Source: Candidatus Limnocylindria bacterium (GTDB lineage: Bacteria; Chloroflexota; Limnocylindria; QHBO01). From it: a DNA stretch of 32,358 bases. The translations under genes were made by a program, and so were the position numbers. The stretch covers positions 1 through 32,358 of the forward strand of contig DASWGW010000032.1 in NCBI GenBank assembly GCA_036393435.1. Direction: 5' to 3'. Shown here piece by piece: positions 1 to 5,105 of this stretch (positions within the stretch are counted from its first letter, which is position 1; each line of letters begins with the position of its first letter). The notes under the pieces were generated by a model. It saw only the letters and a program-made list of their open reading frames with translations. It was not told the origin of the DNA and did no database searches.

Positions 1-66
1 GGTGGCCTCCGTGCAAAGACCGATGCGGAGACGCGCGGCGGCGGCGCGTCGGTTGGAAGGACGTGG

Positions 67-141
67 TGGTGAGCGCCCAGGGATTCGAACCCTGAACCTA
101 GTGATTAAGAGTCACTTGCTCTGCCGTTGAGCTAGGCGCCC
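67..141 (-). tRNA. tRNA-Lys (anticodon CTT)
   Basis: The reverse complement folds as a canonical 75-nt cloverleaf. Acceptor GGGCGCC/GGCGCTC (one G-T pair), D stem GCTC/GAGC, anticodon stem AGTGA/TCACT with loop CTCTTAA (anticodon CTT), 5-nt variable loop, T arm CAGGG-TTCGAAT-CCCTG, discriminator A, encoded CCA. Confidence 0.93.
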
Positions 142-213
142 CGGCCGATGATGGCGCAGCCGCGATGGGTGGTCAACCGGCGAGGACGCCGGCCGATCTC
201 AGCCGGCCGGCGG

Positions 214-885
214 TCAGGGCCCTCCGCCCGGCTCCGGCGCAACGCCGTAATGCTCGCGAGCGAAGGCGTCGATGGCTCCGATGTCCACCTCGTCGAGCGG
301 GAGCAGGTAGAGCCACGACGTGACGACGATCGGGCTGCCCAGGTCCTCGCCGCCCCACGGGCTCAGGATGAACTTGTACCGCCCGCCGCGTCCCTGGGCG
401 ACCTGCGTCTCCACGTAGCTCGAGAGCTGGGTCACCTGCTCGGCGTCGAGCTGCGCCGGGTCGTACCAGATCACGATCCCCCCGTGCTCGAGGTTGTGGG
501 GGACCTGCGACTCGCTCAGCGGCGTCGAGTACACCCCCCAGTTGGCAGGCGTGCCCCAGTGCGGGCCGGAGGTGGCCGGCAGCGAGGTGTACGGGTTCGA
601 CGCCACGCCGCAGGTCGCCGGTGCGGTGCGGCACTCGCTCCCGTCGCTGACGTGTTCCTGCCCGGCGTCGGGCTGACGCTCGCCGGAGCTCGCGCTCGGC
701 CCCGATGCGAAGACCAGGACCAGGACCACGAGGAGCAGGCCGGCGACGAGGAGGCCGCCGATCGCCAGCAGACGCCAGTCCGGGAGGCCGGCCCCGACGC
801 CCCGGTCGTCGAGCCGCCGGCTGAGCGCATCGCTGCTCGCGCGCTCCCGGCGCTGGATGTTGGATGTGCGTCGACGTCTGGTCAC
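214..885 (-). CDS. DUF3105-like membrane-anchored protein
   Basis: ORF 214..954(-). Arg-rich N-terminal tail and one TM helix (LLAIGGLLVAGLLLVVLVLVF), then an extracytoplasmic domain with HWGTPANWGVY and VPHNLEHGGIVIWY motifs that I recognise as DUF3105-like. Start placed at GTG 885, with TATCCT 9 nt upstream on the minus strand. TTG 954 is the alternative start and would leave only 5 nt to the divergent gene. Confidence 0.75.
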   Translation of the reverse strand: MTRRRRTSNIQRRERASSDALSRRLDDRGVGAGLPDWRLLAIGGLLVAGLLLVVLVLVFASGPSASSGERQPDAGQEHVSDGSECRTAPATCGVASNPYTSLPATSGPHWGTPANWGVYSTPLSESQVPHNLEHGGIVIWYDPAQLDAEQVTQLSSYVETQVAQGRGGRYKFILSPWGGEDLGSPIVVTSWLYLLPLDEVDIGAIDAFAREHYGVAPEPGGGP

Positions 886-894
886 TGGTCGCGG

Positions 895-900
895 AGGATA
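895..900 (-). promoter_or_regulatory. putative -10 box (TATCCT) for the DUF3105 gene, leaderless configuration
   Basis: Plus-strand AGGATA is TATCCT on the minus strand, 9 nt upstream of GTG 885. The same hexamer occurs upstream of clpX. Confidence 0.3.
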
Positions 901-943
901 GCGGACGGCATCGGGATATGCGCTGGCACCCGATTTGCGTTGG

Positions 944-949
944 TAGAAT
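944..949 (+). promoter_or_regulatory. putative extended -10 box (TGGTAGAAT) for the holin-like gene, near-leaderless
   Basis: TAGAAT is preceded by TGG, and the ATG at 960 lies 10 nt downstream. There is no SD-like purine run in between. Confidence 0.4.
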
Positions 950-959
950 CCCAAGTCCC

Positions 960-1367
960 ATGACCACAGGCGATACGCCGCGCCGCCACGAGAACGCCTT
1001 CACCCTGGTGAGGCGCCTCGTCACGGGCGGGATCGATCTCGCCAAGCTCAACATTCGCCAGGGCCGGGAGGAGATGGCTCAGAACCTGGGGCAGCTGCGT
1101 GGCGGGATCGTGCTCGTCGGCATCGCGGCGGCCCTGGCCATCACCTTCCTCATCGCGCTCGTGGCGTTCATCATGGCGGTGCTCGTCGTCGCCGGGCTGT
1201 GGTGGGTCGGGCTCATCGTGCTGCTCGTCCTGCTCCTTCTCGCGGGACTCCTCGCATGGCAGGGGATCCGCGGCGTGACGAGCACGAAGTTCACGCCGGA
1301 GGAGACGATCGCATCGGTCAAGGAGGAGATCGAGTGGGCGAAGAACCGCTTGCTGAAACGCGACTAG
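960..1367 (+). CDS. small integral membrane protein, actinobacterial holin-X / 'phage holin family'-like
   Basis: In-frame ATG at 960 within ORF 864..1367. Two long adjacent TM helices (IVLVGIAAALAITFLIALVAFIMAVLVV / LWWVGLIVLLVLLLLAGLLAW) and a charged C-terminal tail. Size and topology resemble PF07332-type proteins; the family assignment is from memory. Confidence 0.65.
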   Translation: MTTGDTPRRHENAFTLVRRLVTGGIDLAKLNIRQGREEMAQNLGQLRGGIVLVGIAAALAITFLIALVAFIMAVLVVAGLWWVGLIVLLVLLLLAGLLAWQGIRGVTSTKFTPEETIASVKEEIEWAKNRLLKRD

Positions 1368-1390
1368 CCATAAGCTCCAAGCGCACCGAG

Positions 1391-2020
1391 ATGGAGCGCG
1401 ACGCGGATGCGCTGCGCGACGCGCTCAACCTGAAGAAGCGCTTCGCCGAGAATCCGCCGCTCTTCATCGCCCTGGGCGCGGGCGCCGTCTTCCTCCTCGC
1501 CGGCGGCCCGGTGCGGGTGGCCAAGCTGTTCCGGCGGCGCGCCATGCGCACGACCCCCGAGAAGGCGTACGACTCGCTGCCCAAGCCGATGCAGGCCTGG
1601 GTCGACCAGATGGCCGGGGCCGTCGGGCCGAGGGCGGCGGAGGCACGCCAGTCGCTCGCCGAGGAGCTGGCTCGATGGCGGCACGACCCCCGCCGCGAGA
1701 AGAAGATGAGCAAGAAGCTCGCGGAGGAGATGGCGAAGGGCCCGGCTGGCCCGAAGCGCACTGCCTGGACGGCGTTCGAGGCCGGGGCCGCCATCCTCAC
1801 CGCCGCCCTGGCGCGCAAGGTCATCGAGCGCTTCCTGTCCGGGGAGCCGCCGACCGGCGTCGGCGCCCTCGACGCGGTCGGCACCGTGGGCGGCGCCGCA
1901 CAGCCTGACGCTGAGAATGCGAAGAAGGACGTGACCCGGTCGGCCGAGGAGCGCAGGCAGGCCGCGGCCGCCGACGACGCGCGCAAGGACTACTCCGGAA
2001 TGAGCAGCAGGGGCCGCTGA
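1391..2020 (+). CDS. hypothetical membrane-associated protein (one TM segment, Lys/Arg/Ala-rich; possibly DUF3618-like partner of the holin-like gene)
   Basis: First ATG (1391) in ORF 1199..2020 after the stop of the upstream gene. Hydrophobic segment PPLFIALGAGAVFLLAGGP, remainder charged and helical. No catalytic motif recognised. Confidence 0.55.
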   Translation: MERDADALRDALNLKKRFAENPPLFIALGAGAVFLLAGGPVRVAKLFRRRAMRTTPEKAYDSLPKPMQAWVDQMAGAVGPRAAEARQSLAEELARWRHDPRREKKMSKKLAEEMAKGPAGPKRTAWTAFEAGAAILTAALARKVIERFLSGEPPTGVGALDAVGTVGGAAQPDAENAKKDVTRSAEERRQAAAADDARKDYSGMSSRGR

Positions 2021-2027
2021 CCGTCCG

Positions 2028-2074
2028 TTGCTAGACTCACACGGGCGAGTGGCGGAACGGCAGACGCGCCGGCC
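2028..2074 (+). pseudogene. duplicated tRNA-Leu promoter plus 5' half (tRNA fragment, no T arm or 3' acceptor strand)
   Basis: TTGCTAGACTC-N4-GGGCGAGTGGCGGAACGGCAGACGCG(C)CGGCC matches 2304..2350 (promoter, acceptor 5' strand, D arm and 5' strand of the anticodon stem of the intact tRNA-Leu), differing only in the 4-nt spacer and one T>C. Similarity stops exactly where the anticodon loop would begin. No GTTCGAATC T-loop or CTCGCCC acceptor strand follows. Confidence 0.8.
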
Positions 2075-2103
2075 AGGCCCGAGCCGGTCGCGCATCTTCC
2101 ACT

Positions 2104-2127
2104 CAAGCCAGACTGGTGCTATGACCG
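2104..2127 (+). repeat. intergenic motif copy A (CAAGCCAGACTGGTGCTATGACCG)
   Basis: Shares CAAGCCAGACTGGT with 4556..4569 and CAAACCAGACTGGT with 4604..4617. AGACTGGTGCT is also at 16672..16682. A degenerate direct copy, CGCTGGCGGTATGACCAC, lies at 2162..2179. Confidence 0.6.
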
Positions 2128-2216
2128 AGAAACCGCTCCTCGTGCGCCGTGGCGCAAACCACGCTGGCGGTATGACCACAGAACGCCCCTGATCAGGCGA
2201 TTTGGGCCGGATCCTC

Positions 2217-2239
2217 CATCATAACGCCAGTCTCACTTG
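2217..2239 (-). repeat. intergenic motif copy C, inverted orientation (CAAGTGAGACTGGCGTTATGATGG on the minus strand)
   Basis: The reverse complement of 2217..2239 aligns with copy A: CAAG, AGACTGG, G and TATGA are conserved. A and C form an imperfect inverted pair with outer ends at 2104 and 2239. Confidence 0.5.
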
Positions 2240-2307
2240 CGCTCGTTGCTATCAGCCGAACCGACGGCGGGCGGAATTGGCTCGGGCTCGGCCCCCGCCA
2301 CGCTTGC

Positions 2308-2313
2308 TAGACT
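2308..2313 (+). promoter_or_regulatory. putative -10 box (TAGACT) of tRNA-Leu
   Basis: TAGACT lies 5 nt upstream of the mature tRNA 5' end. The identical box sits at 2032..2037, 5 nt upstream of the tRNA fragment. Confidence 0.4.
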
Positions 2314-2318
2314 CCGGT

Positions 2319-2402
2319 GGGCGAGTGGCGGAACGGCAGACGCGTCGGCCTTAGGAGCCGGTGTCGCAAGACGTGCGAGTTCGAATCTCGCCTCGCCCAC
2401 CA
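2319..2402 (+). tRNA. tRNA-Leu (anticodon TAG), class II with long variable arm
   Basis: 84-nt cloverleaf. Acceptor GGGCGAG/CTCGCCC, D stem GCG/CGC, anticodon stem TCGGC/GCCGG with loop CTTAGGA (anticodon TAG, G37), variable arm TGTCGCAAGACGT, T arm GCGAG-TTCGAAT-CTCGC, discriminator A, encoded CCA. Confidence 0.93.
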
Positions 2403-2436
2403 GGCGCGCCCACCACTGTCAGTCCCACGTCAGGAG

Positions 2437-3822
2437 ATGATCAACCCTTTGGTCACCGTATCCACGCGACCCGAGCCGGGCTCGAAGATGGTCCTCGAGA
2501 TCGAGGTCCCGCCAGCCGAGGTCGACGGTCACTTCGCCACCGCTTATCGCCACGTGGCGGAGCGGACGCGGGTGCCCGGCTTCAGGCCGGGGAAGGCACC
2601 GCGCCAGGTCATCGACCGCTTCGTCGGGCGCGGGAGCGTCGTGGCGGAGGCGATCGACCACCTCGTGAGCGCCAGCTACGACGCCGCGCTGGACCAGACC
2701 GACCTGATACCGATCGACCAGCCCGACGTCGACATCGATCCCGCCGCGGTGGCGGAGGGCCAGCCGGTGACGTTCACCGCCACCGTGCCGGTGAGGCCCG
2801 AGGTGACGCTCGGCGCGTACGGCGACTATCCGTTCGCCCTCGAGGTGCCCGAGGTCACCGACGAGCAGGTGGAGGCGGTCATCGCCGACCTTCGTGAGCG
2901 GCAGGCGACCCTCAGGCCGGTCGACGGCCGGCCCGCCCAGCAGTCCGACATCGCCAGCGTGAAGTTCGTGGGGACCGTGGACGGCCAGCCGTTCGAGGGC
3001 GGCAGCGCCGACCGCCTGCCGGTGGCCATCGGCGAGAACCGCATGATCGAGGGCTGGGAAGAGCAGCTGGTCGGCATGGAGATCGGCGCCACCAAGGGCT
3101 TCGACATCACCTTCCCCGACGACTATCGCGTGGAGGCGCTGCGCGGCAGGGAGGCGCACTTCGAGGTCGAGCTGCTCGACCTGCGCGAACGGGTGCTCCC
3201 CGAACTTGACGACGACTTCGCGCGGAGCGTCGGAGAGGTGGAGGACCTCGAGGGGCTGCGCCGCGAGATCCGCGACGCCATGGAGCAGCGCGCAGCGGCC
3301 GAGGCGCGCCACGCGTTCGGCGACCGCATCATCGACTTCGCCGCCGGCAACGCGAGCGTCGAGCTTCCCGAGGTGATGGTCGCGAACGAGATCGAGATCC
3401 TGCGGGACGAGCTCACGTCGCGACTCGCCGCGCAGCGCATCGGCCTCGAGCAGTACCTGGCCCTCGCCAAGCAGACCCCGGAGGAGATGACAGCCGAGCT
3501 CCACGAGCCCGCCGCGCGCCGGGTGAAGACGCTGCTGGTCCTGTCCGCGATTGCCGAGAAGGAGGGGATCGACGCGACCGACGAGCAGATCGAAGCCGAG
3601 ATCGCCGAGCAGCTGGCACGCCACGACGATCCGAAGCTCCGCGAGTACCTGGGCTCGCGACGAGGCCGCAGTTACCTGCGCATGACGATCCGCAACCGTA
3701 CACTGGTGGACACGCTCATCGAGCGAGCGCTGGGGACCGATGCGGTCGCCGGATCCGCGCCCGCCGAGCATGAACCTACTGAGCCTACCGAAGCCGCCGA
3801 GCAGTCCAAGGAGCCCGCATAA
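2437..3822 (+). CDS. tig: trigger factor (ribosome-associated peptidyl-prolyl isomerase chaperone)
   Basis: ATG 2437 is preceded by AGGAG. 461 aa with trigger-factor organisation: N-terminal ribosome-binding region containing GFRPGKAP, a central FKBP-like segment (VDGQPFEGG...MIEGWEEQLVGM) and a helical C-terminal arm. It sits directly upstream of clpP. Confidence 0.93.
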   Translation: MINPLVTVSTRPEPGSKMVLEIEVPPAEVDGHFATAYRHVAERTRVPGFRPGKAPRQVIDRFVGRGSVVAEAIDHLVSASYDAALDQTDLIPIDQPDVDIDPAAVAEGQPVTFTATVPVRPEVTLGAYGDYPFALEVPEVTDEQVEAVIADLRERQATLRPVDGRPAQQSDIASVKFVGTVDGQPFEGGSADRLPVAIGENRMIEGWEEQLVGMEIGATKGFDITFPDDYRVEALRGREAHFEVELLDLRERVLPELDDDFARSVGEVEDLEGLRREIRDAMEQRAAAEARHAFGDRIIDFAAGNASVELPEVMVANEIEILRDELTSRLAAQRIGLEQYLALAKQTPEEMTAELHEPAARRVKTLLVLSAIAEKEGIDATDEQIEAEIAEQLARHDDPKLREYLGSRRGRSYLRMTIRNRTLVDTLIERALGTDAVAGSAPAEHEPTEPTEAAEQSKEPA

Positions 3823-3825
3823 CCG

Positions 3826-4491
3826 ATGCTCGTCCCGATGGTCATCGAGTCGAGCGCCCGCGGAGAGCGCGCGTTCGACATCTACAGCCGGCTCCTCAAG
3901 GAGCGGATCATCTTCCTGGGCGACGCGATCGAGGACAACGTCGCGAACCTCATCATCGCCCAGCTCCTGTTCCTCGAGTCCGAGGACCCGGAGAAGGACG
4001 TCAGCCTCTACATCAACTCGCCCGGCGGCGTGGTGACGAGCGGCCTGGCGATCTACGACACGATCCGCTACCTGCGGGCGCCGGTGAGCACGATCTGCAT
4101 CGGCCAGGCGGCCTCAATGGGCGCCGTGCTCCTAGCGGCGGGTGCCAGGGGCAAGCGCTACGCGCTGCCGAACGCGCGGATCATGATCCACCAGGGGTCC
4201 GGCGGGTTCCGCGGCAACACCCCCGACGTGGAGATCCAGATGCGCGAGATGCTCCACCTCACCGACCGCCTGACGCAGATCCTTGCCGACCACACCGGCC
4301 AGACGCACGAGAAGGTGAAGCGCGACAGCGAGCGTGACTACTACATGAGCGCCGAGGAGTCCAAGGCCTACGGCATCATCGACGAGGTCTTCGTGGGCAA
4401 CACCGAGTCGCTCATCAGCATGGCCAAGGAGGCCGGCGGCGAGATCCCGAGCGCGGACGAAGCCGCAGAGGCGGACAAGGCCAAGAAGTAG
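3826..4491 (+). CDS. clpP: ATP-dependent Clp protease proteolytic subunit ClpP
   Basis: [26 protein letters not shown], catalytic Ser in GQAASMG, His in MIHQ, Asp in [10 protein letters not shown]. Starts 3 nt after the tig stop. Carries an unusual ~25-aa charged C-terminal tail. It is the only clpP copy in this window. Confidence 0.95.
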   Translation: MLVPMVIESSARGERAFDIYSRLLKERIIFLGDAIEDNVANLIIAQLLFLESEDPEKDVSLYINSPGGVVTSGLAIYDTIRYLRAPVSTICIGQAASMGAVLLAAGARGKRYALPNARIMIHQGSGGFRGNTPDVEIQMREMLHLTDRLTQILADHTGQTHEKVKRDSERDYYMSAEESKAYGIIDEVFVGNTESLISMAKEAGGEIPSADEAAEADKAKK

Positions 4492-4523
4492 GCCCTGATT
4501 GACCTCGCGCTGGTTCGGCGTAC

Positions 4524-4542
4524 GCTCGGGCTCTCCCTGAGC
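4524..4542 (+). terminator. weak candidate stem-loop downstream of clpP
   Basis: GCTCGGG-CTCTC-CCTGAGC forms a 7-bp stem including one G-U pair. No U tract follows, so function as a terminator is uncertain. Confidence 0.25.
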
Positions 4543-4555
4543 GGAGGACCGTCTA

Positions 4556-4628
4556 CAAGCCAGACTGGTCTGACCGGCGATGTCGACGTCGGCGGGCGTG
4601 TCACAAACCAGACTGGTACAGCGACCGC
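4556..4628 (+). repeat. two direct copies of the CAA(G/A)CCAGACTGGT motif flanking a 14-bp palindrome
   Basis: Copy D is at 4556..4577 (CAAGCCAGACTGGTCTGACCGG) and copy E at 4604..4628 (CAAACCAGACTGGTACAGCGACCGC). The near-palindrome CGATGTCGACGTCG lies between them at 4578..4591. A partial related segment, CAAGACCAGTTTCGCTTG, is at 4671..4688. Confidence 0.6.
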
Positions 4629-4731
4629 CGAATCGCCCCCGAAAGCGCCGAATCGGCCGATCGTCGGTCACAAGACCAGTTTCGCTTGTAAGGGTGGGCT
4701 TGTCGGGTTCGCCGTGGTCGCCGGCCGGCCA

Positions 4732-4975
4732 TCAGCGACCGCGCTCCAGGTCGAGCAGGCGGCGCTTGAGCGCGTCGCCGCCGCCCCAGCCCGACCAGCC
4801 GTCGGCAGCACGCACCACCCGGTGCCAGCGGTGCGTCGCCGATTGGGAACGCCGGAGGAACTCCCGAGGAACGGGGTGAGAACGACCGAGGCCGATCCTC
4901 GCGTCGCGCTCATGTCCGAGTGCATCCGAGCAACACGGAGGACGCGGTTGAACGCTCGCCCCGCGGGCTCCCGTC
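4732..4975 (-). pseudogene. decayed fragment of a second methylated-DNA-protein-cysteine methyltransferase (ogt/MGMT-like, C-terminal half only)
   Basis: The minus-strand translation ends HRVVRAADGWSGWGGGDALKRRLLDLERGR. The intact Ogt at 8652..9140 ends CHRVVRAADGFSGWGGGDIEVKRRLLDMERGR. The DNA shares two perfect 18-nt blocks (GTCGAGCAGGCGGCGCTT and GTCGCCGCCGCCCCAGCC). The active-site PCHR is replaced by RWHR. Upstream similarity (ALG....AR..G) is weak, may need a frameshift, and the N-terminal domain is absent. The 5' limit is approximate. Confidence 0.7.
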
Positions 4976-5105
4976 TCCAACCCTGCACGCGCCTGTCTGG
5001 TGGTGCCGGTCGGCCGTGCCTCGCGACCTGGAAGCGCGGTGGCTAGGGGGCTGGTCCCGCGCGCAGAGATCTGAGGGCAACAAGGGAGAGAAGGGGAGGC
5101 ATCCG

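Noticed and set aside
148-963. 271-aa plus-strand ORF, and the 293-aa minus-strand ORF 173..1054
   Set aside because: Both overlap the DUF3105-like gene in other frames or on the other strand. Only the 214..954 frame shows a TM helix followed by conserved DUF3105-type motifs.
960-2020. The 'phage holin family'-like gene as evidence for a prophage
   Set aside because: No capsid, tail, terminase, integrase, endolysin or repressor genes are nearby. These small membrane proteins are common chromosomal genes in high-GC Gram-positives.
2099-2107. ACTCAAG, which matches one arm of the HspR operator HAIR (CTTGAGT-N7-ACTCAAG), upstream of the tig-clpP region
   Set aside because: The partner arm CTTGAGT is absent at the required spacing, so only a half-site is present. 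It is more simply explained as part of the recurrent CAAGCCAGACTGG motif.
2043-2130. Possible second, functional tRNA-Leu
   Set aside because: After the anticodon-stem 5' strand, the sequence would give a 9-nt loop (CCGGC-CAGGCCCGA-GCCGG). It has no T arm (no GTTCGAATC) and no 3' acceptor strand (CTCGCCC). I treat it as a fragment.
4580-4879. 99-aa plus-strand ORF in the clpP-downstream region
   Set aside because: It is Arg/Ser/Pro-rich with no start context and overlaps the ogt-like relic on the opposite strand. It is most likely spurious.
4976-5105. A search for SARP-type heptamer direct repeats (11-nt phasing) upstream of the vWA gene
   Set aside because: Only loose CTGGTGG / GCGGTGG / GCTGGTC similarities at irregular spacing were seen (4996, 5038, 5055). 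That is not enough to call a binding site.
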